Shown here piece after piece: positions 1-10,642 of a DNA stretch of 36,593 nucleotides (positions within the stretch are counted from its first letter, which is position 1; the number at the start of each line of letters is the position of its first letter). This DNA comes from Promethearchaeota archaeon (GTDB taxonomy: Archaea; Asgardarchaeota; Lokiarchaeia; Sigyniarchaeales; SOKP01), in assembly GCA_016930515.1 (NCBI GenBank), contig JAFGGO010000190.1:1-36593 (forward strand), read 5' to 3'. Under the pieces are notes generated by a model that searched no databases, had not been told where the DNA came from, and worked only from the letters and a program-made list of their open reading frames with translations. The position numbers and the translations under genes were made by a program.

Positions 1-378
1 AGTGTCTGAAATAAATCTTATTATGAAATAAGTAAATTGTTCATGTTTTAATTGTTTTGAGAAAAGTTTTCGATCCCATAAAATTATAAGAATAAAAATT
101 GCTTGAATCAGGAAAGATATTCAACAGTTTTATTCTTTTTCGTCCTATAAAGGATTTATGGTGCAAAAAATTTGGAAAAAGCATAAATCTTAAATTTTAT
201 CCCCGTTTTAAACTATTGTTTTATCTCAAGATTAAAATATTCTTTAAATTATTTACACAATAATATCAATTTACATAAAACCCTTTTTTGAATGTTCTGT
301 TGCAGTAACACATTTAATAACTTTTAAACAAAAATATTATTTGAGTATTTAACTCGAAATTAATCAAGTAAAGGAAGC

Positions 379-1905
379 ATGCCAATGCCAGGCAAAAAGC
401 TCTCGCAGGATCAGGCCGATATATTAGATCATAAGGTCTATAAGCTCTCAGAAGAGCAAATTCAATTACTTGATAATATTGAAGCACAAGTCTGGTACAT
501 TATTAAACCTGATATCTGTGGTTTCGTTAATAAAGCTCGAGCAGACTTTTTTGGTAAAGATAAGGCTTATTTTCAAGGGAGAATGCTTCAAGATTATCTT
601 AACAATGAGGAGTCTGAAATAGCTATAGCAGAAAACAAGAATGTATTTCATTCGAAACAAAAAATATTTACTGAAAGCCACATAAGAAACAAAGACGGGG
701 AATTACGATTTCTATCAGTAATTAAAATGCCTAAACTCGATTCTGAAGGAAATGTTGAATACATCATCTGTTTGGGGCAAGATATTACAAATCAAAAACT
801 TAAAATCGTACCACAACTAAAAGATAGCGACAAAAATGCAAGAATTATACTAAATGCAATACAAGACGAAATAGTTCTTATCGATCTTGAAGGAATTATT
901 GTTGATGCAAATCAAAAAGCTGTCATGCTCTCGGGCAAATCTCTGCATAAATTAGTAGGTTCAAAAATGATTGAAATATTACCCTCTAAAATTATTGAAT
1001 GTATTAATCTCCAAAAAAGAGAATTAATCAACAATAAAAAATCAATAATATTTGAAATAGAAAGAGAGGGAAGCAGTTTTGATGTTTGCATGCATCCCAT
1101 CATTGAGATGGATGGTACAATCCTGAACATCCTTATTTCTTTTCACGATATCACGATTAGAAAACTAAGTGAAAAGCTATTAATTGACTCAAAAAATAGC
1201 TACGCCCTTGCTCTTGAGCAAGCTAATTTCTACAAAGATCTTTTCATCCACGATGTGTTTAACATATTTAATGTCATTAATATGGGTGCAGAATTATTAA
1301 GGAATCAAGAATCTCCTTTAGACGAAACAGTGGATCTCATCAAAAAAGCAATTACACGGGGTACCAAATTAATTGAAAATATTCAAAAATTATCAAATTT
1401 AGATCAAGAAAAGATTACAATTATTAAAATAGATCTTAAGAGCGTTCTACAAGATGTATGTCAATTTATATTAAATAGTTTTCGAGATAGATCCCTAAAA
1501 ATCCAGATCAACGCTTCTACTCAAGATTACTCCGTTAAAGCAAACAATCTATTGTACGATGTTTTTGAAAATATACTAATAAACGCCATTAAGCACAACA
1601 TTAAAGAAGAAATAGAAATTACCATTGAAATTTCAAAAATTGTTGATTTAAACAAGAATTTTGTCAAATTGGAATTCAAGGACAATGGATTTGGGATATC
1701 TGACGATCAAAAAAAGATTATCTTTTCTAAAGTTAACAATAAAGAAAACACGAGTGGTATGGGCATTGGATTATCATTAGTAAAAAAGATTGTAGATAAT
1801 TATGGTGGAAAAATATGGGTTGAAGATAGGATCAAAGGAAACCGTTCCCAAGGATGTAATTTTATTTTAATGATTCCAGAATTTTCTCAATCTAAAAATT
1901 TTTAA
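379..1905 (+). CDS. PAS-domain sensor histidine kinase (2 PAS + HisKA + HATPase), cytoplasmic
   Basis: PAS-like segments (VNKARADFFG; IVLIDLEGIIVDAN), H-box HDVFNIF, N-box FENILINAIKH, G1 DNGFGI, G2 GMGIGLSLVKKIV; no transmembrane helix. Confidence 0.9.
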   Translation: MPMPGKKLSQDQADILDHKVYKLSEEQIQLLDNIEAQVWYIIKPDICGFVNKARADFFGKDKAYFQGRMLQDYLNNEESEIAIAENKNVFHSKQKIFTESHIRNKDGELRFLSVIKMPKLDSEGNVEYIICLGQDITNQKLKIVPQLKDSDKNARIILNAIQDEIVLIDLEGIIVDANQKAVMLSGKSLHKLVGSKMIEILPSKIIECINLQKRELINNKKSIIFEIEREGSSFDVCMHPIIEMDGTILNILISFHDITIRKLSEKLLIDSKNSYALALEQANFYKDLFIHDVFNIFNVINMGAELLRNQESPLDETVDLIKKAITRGTKLIENIQKLSNLDQEKITIIKIDLKSVLQDVCQFILNSFRDRSLKIQINASTQDYSVKANNLLYDVFENILINAIKHNIKEEIEITIEISKIVDLNKNFVKLEFKDNGFGISDDQKKIIFSKVNNKENTSGMGIGLSLVKKIVDNYGGKIWVEDRIKGNRSQGCNFILMIPEFSQSKNF

Positions 1906-1930
1906 AAACTTAAAACAATTAAAATTAACG

Positions 1931-2245
1931 ATGGTAGAAAATACGAGTTCAAGTGGAATTAGGCGAGATTTAAATTGTTATTTGAAAATTATTGATACTT
2001 TTCAAAAATACAAACATCTTCCAATAGATTTCCCTCAAATCAAGAGTAAAGCAATAATCAAACTTATTAATACATCAGAATGTAAAAACGATAGAAATTT
2101 CGTTAAAAACGCTTTATTGCTTGTATTATCGTTATACGATAAAAAACCTATGGATATATATAATACACGAGGATATAAGTTGGAAGATTGTACCAATGAC
2201 CAAAAAAAAGACATTCTTTTAAAACTCCAAAAAGAACTTCCCTGA
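1931..2245 (+). CDS. hypothetical protein (104 aa)
   Basis: ATG ORF 25 bp after the kinase on the same strand, filling the gap; no recognisable motif. Confidence 0.6.
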   Translation: MVENTSSSGIRRDLNCYLKIIDTFQKYKHLPIDFPQIKSKAIIKLINTSECKNDRNFVKNALLLVLSLYDKKPMDIYNTRGYKLEDCTNDQKKDILLKLQKELP

Positions 2246-2360
2246 ATATTCTACTATAATACACATGTAATACTTATTTTTTTAAATGCTAATATATCTT
2301 TTTTCAGTGTAGAATTAGATTAATTCTAAAGTTGCAATTTATTTTCACGAGTGAAAAAAT

Positions 2361-3110
2361 GTGAATATCGAAAATACTCGTCCACAATCGTCTATAATTG
2401 ATGGAAGTGTTAATCCCTCTCAAAACGATTCATACATAGAAAATATTTCAAACGCCTTAGTATCGTTTTTAAGCCTTTCAAAACAAGTTCAGAGACCCGA
2501 TATACGTCCTTCAAAAATGTGTTGGGAAAGATCATCTTCTTTAAATCCAAAAATTGATATTTCCATAGAAGAGGATAATCAATCCGAATTAAGTAAAGAA
2601 GACGAAAATAAAATTGAAATAAGATTTAAATCCCTGAGAGAATATATAGAAGAAACAGCCCCATACAAATGGAACTTGGCACTCAAGCAAGAATCGCTTA
2701 AAGCTTGGATTGAAGACCTTAAAAAAGATTTAGGAATTGCTTTAAGTTTTAATATCGAAGTAATTTATGATCAAGAAAAAGCATCAACTTATCTAAAAAT
2801 TAACGATTCGAAAATTAGACTATACGAATTTAGAGATTGGGTATCCTTACTTAATGATTATCGCAAGGATTTAAACTGGGAAGAAATTGACAATAACAAA
2901 CTTGTAAAAGTTAAAGGAGTAGACGATATTAAATATATCGAAGCTCTTTTAATCAATGCTGTAAATGGCAATCAAAATTCTCAACTCTACGAATTTTTAT
3001 GGTTAGCTTATAAGACTTCAGAGGAATTCACTTTATTTCGAAACAAGGAAAATAATAAGATTCGTGCTTTTTTAAAGCAAGGAGATTTCTATAGCTCGTT
3101 ATTAATTTAA
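2361..3110 (+). CDS. hypothetical protein (249 aa, GTG start uncertain)
   Basis: Long ORF in AT-rich DNA with a Ser/Asn/Pro-rich N-terminus and an apparently globular C-terminus; stop overlaps the stop of the convergent gene by 4 bp. Confidence 0.65.
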   Translation: MNIENTRPQSSIIDGSVNPSQNDSYIENISNALVSFLSLSKQVQRPDIRPSKMCWERSSSLNPKIDISIEEDNQSELSKEDENKIEIRFKSLREYIEETAPYKWNLALKQESLKAWIEDLKKDLGIALSFNIEVIYDQEKASTYLKINDSKIRLYEFRDWVSLLNDYRKDLNWEEIDNNKLVKVKGVDDIKYIEALLINAVNGNQNSQLYEFLWLAYKTSEEFTLFRNKENNKIRAFLKQGDFYSSLLI

Positions 3111-3829
3111 TCATTTAAATTAAAAAGGAAACAATTCGCTTTTTCGCATTTATCGTTTTTATTGGAAAAAACACAGGTCTTAGGCTTATAATTCAAGTTT
3201 ATATTAAAATGTTCCCTTAAGAATTCCAAAGATTCCATGATTGAAATCCTTACTGACCTCTTGCAACAATGCTCCAGATTATCTGCTATTTTTGAGAGGG
3301 ATCTCGAAGTCATTAAATTCGCAAGGGATCTTGGTTGATTTCTTGCTGGTGTAGCGCCCGTAAATATGCTTATGGCAATTCCCGATCCCATTCCCGCACC
3401 ACAAGAACCGTAAAATCCACACCACCCTCCAGGAATTTTTGAAGCCCTTCTAATCGCTTCCAGCAGGTCGTCATTGGTGATATAAGAACCGTCTGGTTTT
3501 TTGATAGAATTGTTTTTTAACGAAGTCAAGATTGCTAAAGGTGCAAGCACGTGGTGCTCGGGTCCATAAACCTTAAATTTGTCGTGTTTCATGATTTCAT
3601 CCGCAATTTCGAACGGATCCTTAAGATCGGTCGTAGTACAGAACGATTGAATGATCGATATGGGATCTCTTGAATGACATTTATCGCAAATATAATGCCC
3701 GGATGGACACCAAGTATCCGTGGAAAACTCTTCCGAACAATAATAACATTGCATATTTTGAACATAGCCTATTTTAGTTGAATATACTAAATCATTACCA
3801 CAAATTTCACACTTATCTTTTTTATCCAT
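3107..3829 (-). CDS. DUF5714-like cysteine-rich metal-binding protein
   Basis: CxxC..CxxC..CPxGHYICDxCH, GPEHH, PGGxCGFYGxCGA, CCKR and terminal CxFSxxNxxC pattern. Confidence 0.75.
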   Translation of the reverse strand: MDKKDKCEICGNDLVYSTKIGYVQNMQCYYCSEEFSTDTWCPSGHYICDKCHSRDPISIIQSFCTTTDLKDPFEIADEIMKHDKFKVYGPEHHVLAPLAILTSLKNNSIKKPDGSYITNDDLLEAIRRASKIPGGWCGFYGSCGAGMGSGIAISIFTGATPARNQPRSLANLMTSRSLSKIADNLEHCCKRSVRISIMESLEFLREHFNINLNYKPKTCVFSNKNDKCEKANCFLFNLND

Positions 3830-3847
3830 ATTTGAAGCAACTAGAAA

Positions 3848-4693
3848 TTAAATATCAATAAATGATCTTTTTCTATTAGTAAAATGAGCGAGTTGGGTGA
3901 ACCCAATTTTTTTAATGATTTGTATCATTTTTTCGAACTCCCAGCCAACTTCTTCAGGCGCGTGAGCGTCAGAACCCAATAATATCGGAATGTCGAGGTC
4001 GTACATTATTTCTAAAATCTCATTACTCGGGTATTGCTCTTTTACGGCTTTTCGAAAGCCCGATGTATTAACTTCCATCGTTAAATCGTTTTTCTTTATT
4101 AAGTCCAATGTCTGGGACGCTTGTTCTATAAACTCAGCTTTCTTTACTGGCAATTTATTAAATTTTTTTGGAAGGTCAAAATGAGACACTATATCAAATT
4201 CGAATTCTTTTGATGATATCATTTTTTGATTGTGTTGATAAAACTGTGCATAGATATCGTCTATATCAATTTTTTCAAAAACTTCGATGAACCGTTCATC
4301 ATCCATCGGCCATAATCCGTTCTCCAAGGAAAGTATGTGTACCGAACCGTGAATATAATCCAATTCGGAAAGGAGTGGACTTAAATGGGAGTTAAGCACA
4401 GCAACTTGGGATTCAATAAATTCGATTTCAAATCCAATTTTAATATTAATATTTTTCTGGTATTTGTCTCTCAAGTTTTTAGTAGTTGCAAGATATAAAT
4501 CAAGCTCATCTAATCTCATTGAATATTCTTCGTAAGGAACATTTTCAATACCATTATAAAACTCATAAGGAAAATGGTCGTTAAACCCTATTGTGGTTAA
4601 TCCTTTTTTTATGGCTTGCCTTGCGTAGTCTTCGAGAGTACCAACCGCGTGATGGCAGAGTTCGTTATGGGTGTGCCAATCTTCAAGTATCAT
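3848..4693 (-). CDS. histidinol-phosphatase, HisJ/PHP family
   Basis: PHP motifs DWHTHNELCHHA, GFNDH, GSVH, SHFDL, EVNTSG, GSDAHAP. Confidence 0.88.
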   Translation of the reverse strand: MILEDWHTHNELCHHAVGTLEDYARQAIKKGLTTIGFNDHFPYEFYNGIENVPYEEYSMRLDELDLYLATTKNLRDKYQKNINIKIGFEIEFIESQVAVLNSHLSPLLSELDYIHGSVHILSLENGLWPMDDERFIEVFEKIDIDDIYAQFYQHNQKMISSKEFEFDIVSHFDLPKKFNKLPVKKAEFIEQASQTLDLIKKNDLTMEVNTSGFRKAVKEQYPSNEILEIMYDLDIPILLGSDAHAPEEVGWEFEKMIQIIKKIGFTQLAHFTNRKRSFIDI

Positions 4694-4744
4694 CTCAGAT
4701 ACTGAAATGCTAGACTAAAGTTAAAAGTTATTAAAAATTTTAGT

Positions 4745-6253
4745 CTATTTTTTCGAACATTCTTCAAATAATTTTAACAATAAATTCCAAATTTTATCCA
4801 CACTCTTTATATTAAGCTGTTCATCTGGAGAATGAGCACCTATAATGTTAGGTCCTAGGGAAATCATATCAATTTCCGGAAATTGTTTCTTCAATATTCC
4901 ACATTCCAAACCACCGTGGATAGTAGAAATTTTAACATCTTGACTGAATATTTTTTTATAAGTTTTCACTGCAATGGCAAGCAATTTTGAGCGATAATCA
5001 GGTTCCCATCCGGGATATTCACTATAATAAGTAATATTGAATTTTAAACCAGAATTTTCGAATGATTTACGAATATTTTGCGTGATATTCTCTTTTGAAT
5101 GCTCTTCCAAGCTTCTCTGACTTGTTACGATTTGAATTTTACCATCCCTCGCTTTAATTGAAGCTAAATTTGTGGATGTATGAACTGAAGAATTATCGTT
5201 ATCAAGCCAAGATTGAGGTCCATCTGGTATAAATTCTAATAATTGAATAATTGAAAGAAATGTTGTTTTTGGAAGCAAATATTTTTCAAGAACATCAATT
5301 TGGTTGACTTTTATCTCTAAGCGTGGTTCTTTACTTAATAACTTAGAAGTAAAGTTATTTGATAATTCGCTTGTTAATTTTGAAAATTCCTTTAAATCTT
5401 TATTATTAACAAAAAGGAGCGACTTTGCCTCTCTCGGAATGGCGTTAGATCGATTACCCCCATTAATCGAAACAATTCTAACATCCAAATGTATTAATTT
5501 TGATAAAAACCTTGAAATTAATTTTATAGCGTTAATTCGTCCTTTATTAATATCCTCTCCCGAATGACCTCCGATTAATCCTGAAACGAATATTTCGTAA
5601 GATGTATTGTTATTTAAAAATATTTCATCAATTAATTCCGATTTCTCATATTCTAAAGTCGCAGAAGTATTAATCCCACCAGCACAACCGATGATATATT
5701 TATTGTCGCTTTCAGAATCCAAGTTGATTAAATAATCCGCCTTTAACATCGATTTATCAATTTCTAAGGCTCCAATGAGTCCTGTCTCTTCGTTTACGGT
5801 AAATAATAAAGATAATGATAAATTTTTAATTTTTACCACTCCCTCGTATATCAACTTCATAATTGACAAGCTGTATGCGATTCCTACCCCATTATCCGCA
5901 CCTAATGTAGTCCCTTCGGCTTTAATCCATTGTTCTCTTTCGTCTTCAACATAAATTATTGAAATTGGATCCTTGGAAAAGTCGTGCGATGAATTTTCGT
6001 TTTTCTCGCACACCATGTCAAGATGTGATTGCAAGACCAGTTTTTTAATATCTCCTTGAGGATGTTGCTTATTTATGTCAACCAATAAATTACCAACATT
6101 ATCGATTCTATGGGGGAAATTAAATTTTTTTGCTTCGCTTATTATGAATTCTCTTATTCCTTTTTCGTTTCCAGAACAACGAGGAATTGTACAAATTTTT
6201 TCGAAGTATATCCAAAAAATTTCAGGATTTCTTAAATACTCATTCTTTCTCAT
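4745..6253 (-). CDS. pepD: aminoacyl-histidine dipeptidase (peptidase M20C)
   Basis: QSHLDMVCEK, GTTLGADNG, EETGLIGA, NLDSE, GGHSG, HGGLECG, AHSPDE. Confidence 0.92.
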   Translation of the reverse strand: MRKNEYLRNPEIFWIYFEKICTIPRCSGNEKGIREFIISEAKKFNFPHRIDNVGNLLVDINKQHPQGDIKKLVLQSHLDMVCEKNENSSHDFSKDPISIIYVEDEREQWIKAEGTTLGADNGVGIAYSLSIMKLIYEGVVKIKNLSLSLLFTVNEETGLIGALEIDKSMLKADYLINLDSESDNKYIIGCAGGINTSATLEYEKSELIDEIFLNNNTSYEIFVSGLIGGHSGEDINKGRINAIKLISRFLSKLIHLDVRIVSINGGNRSNAIPREAKSLLFVNNKDLKEFSKLTSELSNNFTSKLLSKEPRLEIKVNQIDVLEKYLLPKTTFLSIIQLLEFIPDGPQSWLDNDNSSVHTSTNLASIKARDGKIQIVTSQRSLEEHSKENITQNIRKSFENSGLKFNITYYSEYPGWEPDYRSKLLAIAVKTYKKIFSQDVKISTIHGGLECGILKKQFPEIDMISLGPNIIGAHSPDEQLNIKSVDKIWNLLLKLFEECSKK

Positions 6254-6351
6254 AATATTAATTCTTAAATTCTTTATTACGATTTATTGGAACTAAATAA
6301 TAATAATTCTTTGTTTTAAATAAACCTGTGAATATTTTATAAAACATTTTT

Positions 6352-7017
6352 TTAAGGAATGTTTGAATCCTTATAATCCCTTATGTAGCGTTTTACCTCC
6401 TTCGCAGGCTGAATAATGCCAAAATGACCTTCACATAATATGTCCGCTTTTAGATCTAAAAGTTTTTGCATTGAATTTTGATAATCATATAAATTCGAGC
6501 CAAATTCGCTATTAAACGGACCGTGAATGTCTTGACCAAACAATACTTTCGTGGAATCAACAATAATTAATACCGAAATTGACCCTGGTGTATGTCCAGG
6601 GGTATGAATACATTCAAATTCGACTGAACCAAATCGAAGAACTTCTTTGTCCTTTTTAAATTTAGCTTCTAATTTCACGGGTTCGTATTTAATATCGTAC
6701 CAAGAGGCTGCTGTTTTAGAATCGAATCCCTTTTCCTCTATAAATTCTGCATCGAGATCGTGAGCGTAAAACTTCAAGTTTTTATTAAATCCGAGTAAAT
6801 CGTGGCAGGCGGCGATGTGATCAATATGACAATGTGTAATGATGCAATGTTTTATGTTCGAAGGATCAAGTCCAATCTTTTTTAAATTCCTACTAATCAT
6901 TCCCGAATCCATTCCCGCATCAATCAACACGAGACCATCGTTACTTTTTGTATTTACGAGAAAAACCGAACACCCACTATCACACACATGATAGATATTC
7001 TTAATTACTTCTTTCAT
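6352..7017 (-). CDS. MBL-fold metallo-hydrolase
   Basis: THCHIDH (HxHxDH), TPGHTPGS, GQD, CEGH. Confidence 0.9.
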   Translation of the reverse strand: MKEVIKNIYHVCDSGCSVFLVNTKSNDGLVLIDAGMDSGMISRNLKKIGLDPSNIKHCIITHCHIDHIAACHDLLGFNKNLKFYAHDLDAEFIEEKGFDSKTAASWYDIKYEPVKLEAKFKKDKEVLRFGSVEFECIHTPGHTPGSISVLIIVDSTKVLFGQDIHGPFNSEFGSNLYDYQNSMQKLLDLKADILCEGHFGIIQPAKEVKRYIRDYKDSNIP

Positions 7018-7306
7018 GACTATCTCGAATGATTCTTGGTTTAAAATTATTTATATATAAAATATAATCAGGATAATGGACTAATTACAAAAAACATTTC
7101 AATTCAATTATCAAAGACCAATTAATTCAAAAGAAGCAAAATGTTGAAAAAAATGAAATTTATATCGGATTAAAGAAAATAATTACTCTCAAGATAATAG
7201 AAATTTTGTAGAATACACCAATTTATTTTTGATATATAGTTGGAACTTAAGGAAAACAATAATAAGGATTAAAATTTCGATTTAATTTTTATTTATAATT
7301 TGAAAA

Positions 7307-8145
7307 TTATAAACCAAGCATTTTTTCAATGATATCTTTTTTGAGATATAAAAATTTATAGAGCAAGATTGAGAAGAGAACTGTAAACCCCGAAGCGAAA
7401 AGAACATCCGATAAATAGTGTGCTCCATATATGACGCGTGTTATTGCTATAAATATCCCCCAAGCAAGGATCAATATTGACACACTAATCTTTAATAATT
7501 TTTTCCAATCGGCTTCTTTAACTATTATTAAGAGCGGTAAAAAAATAAATGCCATTGTTGTATGTCCGCTCGGAAAGCTCGTATGCTCAATGCTAGGACC
7601 GTTTGGTAAATACCAAGGAGTAAAAGCGGTATCACCTAATTTTAATACATCATAAAATCTCACTCTACCCCATATTATTTTAATCGTATTAGCAAGGATG
7701 AGAGTGTTGAATAGGGCCAGGCATCCAATTATCAGCGCAATGACAAAGTATTTCCTCCAATCCTTATTAAAAGTAAAAATCGCAAATATTATAGGTGGAA
7801 TAGCAATTATGCATCCTGCTATAAACATTTTCAAGTTATCTAAAAAAATTCCTGAGAAGCAGAATATAGTACCTATTAAAACTGCTACTAAAAATCCAAT
7901 TTTCTGTTTTTTGATTTCTTTTAAATGTCCAGAAACCAAAATAGATGTAGCAATTGCAATCAACCCGTAACCAATAAGATCACCCCAAAATTCCCCAAAT
8001 TCCCCGAGAGGAGAGTTTATATCGGCAATGGACTTTGAAACGCTAGATCAATATAAGCAAAAATTATTGCTAATACAACCCAAGGAAATAAAACAATTAA
8101 GATAAGATGATATAAGGAAATTTTTTTTTTCATTTTGTTCTTCAT
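7307..8145 (-). pseudogene. PAP2-family membrane phosphatase split by a 1-nt frameshift near 8017-8047 (pseudogene or sequencing error)
   Basis: C-terminal ORF 7307-7963 has K..WGRVRF, SFPSGH and TRVIYGAHYLSD. An upstream frame from ATG 8145 reads MKNKMKKKISLYHLILIVLFPWVVLAIIFAYIDLA, and after a -1 shift continues SKSIADINSPLGEFGEFWGDLIGYGLIAIA into that ORF. Confidence 0.8.
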
Positions 8146-8277
8146 TCAAAATCAATATTAAATCAAGACTTTTCTTTATTTAGTACTTTTTATCATATAA
8201 ATCTTTATAAGAAAGTAAAACTATTTTCTTATCGAAAGAGGAACATTTTTTCTATCATTTCAAGGGAAATTGCGATT

Positions 8278-9771
8278 ATGAATTATGGTGAATTGCCAGA
8301 TCAATTAAACGACATACTCAACTTCATGCTTGAATCGACCGAAGATCTAATCGCTATTATAGATCAAGATCTCAACTATCAATGGATAAACGAGGATAAT
8401 TTTGAAGAAATCTTGGGATATACGAATAATGAAGTGATTGGAACTTACGCACCAGACATGATTCATCCAGACGACAGGAATTATGTTTTCGACATGTTTA
8501 AGAACATTAACCAAACCAGTACAAAAGAAGTACAATTAGAGTTAAGAATAATGCATAAAAATGGGTTTTTTAAATGGTTCGATTCAAAAAGCTTGAATTA
8601 TCTTGATTCACACGAAAAACCTAAAATATTTGTAATTTTTCGAGACTTGACGGAAAAAAAAAAACTCGAAAAAAAACTAAAATCAACCGCCGATAAATTT
8701 TTAAATTTATTGAACAATTCTAGCGATATTGTAATCGTAATAAACGAAAATAACAAGATCGAGACAATTCATAGCGGATTGTTTAAAGATCCTCTGAACT
8801 ATTTAGAACAGGAAATGATAGGAAGGAATTGGCTAGATTTTATACATCCAAAAGAACAAGAAAAGCTATTAAATAAATTTAAAAAAGGATTTCATAAAAA
8901 TTTTTATGAAGTTCAAGTGTTAAACAAGAGAGGAGAATTTGTGGATTTAGACATTAGAGGGGCATCGTTTAAAGACGAAAACAACAAAAGAAAAACCTTA
9001 ATAGTCGCTAGAGATATATCGAAACGAAAACAAGTTGAAAAGTTACTCATATCGTCAAAAGAGAAACGTGATCTTTCTTACGATAAGATGTTATTTTACA
9101 AGGATTTGCTTTCTCACGATATTAACAATATTTTACAGAGTATCCTTACCATTACCGAACTCATCCTGCTCATGGAAGAAAAACATGAAAAATCCAACGA
9201 AATACAAGAATATTTGGAAAATATAAAACTTCAAGTCCAGCGTGGAGCGCGACTTGTTTCAAATCTCAAAATCTTATCCGATATAGAAGAAACCACCCCC
9301 TTATTAAGAAAAACAGAAGTAATACATGTTTTAGAAAAATCAATTAAATCTGCAAATAAAATATATGGTAATAGTCTAAAAATTCAGATTGAAACCGAAG
9401 AGCCTCAATATTATATTTTCGCAAATGAATTATTAGAAATCGTTTTTGAGAACATCATTAAGAACGCTATTGAACATAATGATAACGAAAAAATTGAATT
9501 GAACATTAGAGCTTCAATCGAACAGATAGAAAATCGTAATTTTTTAATCATGGAATTCCAGGATAATGGAACGGGTATTGACGATTCAATTAAGAAGGAA
9601 ATTTTTAGCAGGAACACGAGAAAACAAAAAAACGAAAAGTTCATTGGTTTAGGACTCACTCTAGTAAAAAAAATAATGGACACCTATAAAGGAACCATTA
9701 GAGTAAAAGACCTCAAAAAAGGAAACAAAACGATTGGAAGTAATTTTATTTTATTAATTCCTTTAATATAA
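8278..9771 (+). CDS. PAS-domain sensor histidine kinase (2 PAS/PAC + HisKA + HATPase)
   Basis: IHPDD and IHPKE PAS signatures, RDLTE/RDISKRK PAC ends, H-box HDINNILQ, FENIIKNAIEH, DNGTGI, GLGLTLVKKI. Confidence 0.92.
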   Translation: MNYGELPDQLNDILNFMLESTEDLIAIIDQDLNYQWINEDNFEEILGYTNNEVIGTYAPDMIHPDDRNYVFDMFKNINQTSTKEVQLELRIMHKNGFFKWFDSKSLNYLDSHEKPKIFVIFRDLTEKKKLEKKLKSTADKFLNLLNNSSDIVIVINENNKIETIHSGLFKDPLNYLEQEMIGRNWLDFIHPKEQEKLLNKFKKGFHKNFYEVQVLNKRGEFVDLDIRGASFKDENNKRKTLIVARDISKRKQVEKLLISSKEKRDLSYDKMLFYKDLLSHDINNILQSILTITELILLMEEKHEKSNEIQEYLENIKLQVQRGARLVSNLKILSDIEETTPLLRKTEVIHVLEKSIKSANKIYGNSLKIQIETEEPQYYIFANELLEIVFENIIKNAIEHNDNEKIELNIRASIEQIENRNFLIMEFQDNGTGIDDSIKKEIFSRNTRKQKNEKFIGLGLTLVKKIMDTYKGTIRVKDLKKGNKTIGSNFILLIPLI

Positions 9772-9782
9772 ATAACAAAGTA

Positions 9783-10517
9783 TCAAAAATATTTTTTTAA
9801 ATACGCCATCATTACATCTGGATAATTCGTATAGATTGCTTCTATAAATTCGTCCTTATATCTCCATCTTAATAATTTTTTCATGCGATTCTTGGAATTT
9901 ACGCCCCAAACATAACATTTTAACCCATTATCGATGATTTGGGTCATGTTGCTGTCTATATTCGTCCTTTCAGCTTTTAAATTAATAGCGTGAATTTGAT
10001 TTTCTAAGATTACATTAAAATCTAGGGTTTCAGGTTTTATAAGAGGGATGTTATGGGGAAGCGTGTGAACTAGTTTAATATCATTATTATATTCTCTTAA
10101 TTTCGCTAAAATATTAATTCTAGTATCTGTAATTTCGATACTATCAAGAAGCTCATGTATTATAGCCAAATTAATCAATTCCATACCAACTATATGATCT
10201 CCGATATCAAAACTATATCTAATCTTAGAATTACCTTCTTTAAATTTATTAAAAACACTTTCCAACAGGGGAATTCTTCTATCGTCTTCAAAATCTAACA
10301 TATTTAATTGCTGTATAGTTAACTCCGAAATATCGTAAATATTTGAATTTTTTTCGAATGTCCCATCATGAATACAAACAAGTTGGTTATCTTTCGTGAG
10401 ATGTAGATCTGTTTCGATACCCGCCCCCATTGAGACAGCTCTTTCGAAAGATTTAATGGTATTTTCTATTTCATAACCCATTGCTCCCCTATGACCAAAA
10501 ATATACGGTTTTTCCAT
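9783..10517 (-). CDS. glycerophosphodiester phosphodiesterase family protein
   Basis: GHRGA..ENT..SF, IETDLHLTKD..VCIHD, terminal IYTNYPD. Confidence 0.9.
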   Translation of the reverse strand: MEKPYIFGHRGAMGYEIENTIKSFERAVSMGAGIETDLHLTKDNQLVCIHDGTFEKNSNIYDISELTIQQLNMLDFEDDRRIPLLESVFNKFKEGNSKIRYSFDIGDHIVGMELINLAIIHELLDSIEITDTRINILAKLREYNNDIKLVHTLPHNIPLIKPETLDFNVILENQIHAINLKAERTNIDSNMTQIIDNGLKCYVWGVNSKNRMKKLLRWRYKDEFIEAIYTNYPDVMMAYLKKYF

Positions 10518-10642
10518 TTTTCTATATTTAAATTTCCTTATGGCAATAAAAATGATAGTTTTTAAAGAATTTTAAATTATTCATATTACTTTATCTCATT
10601 TTAAAGGGAATTTTATCTAACAATCACAAGGTATTTTTATTA

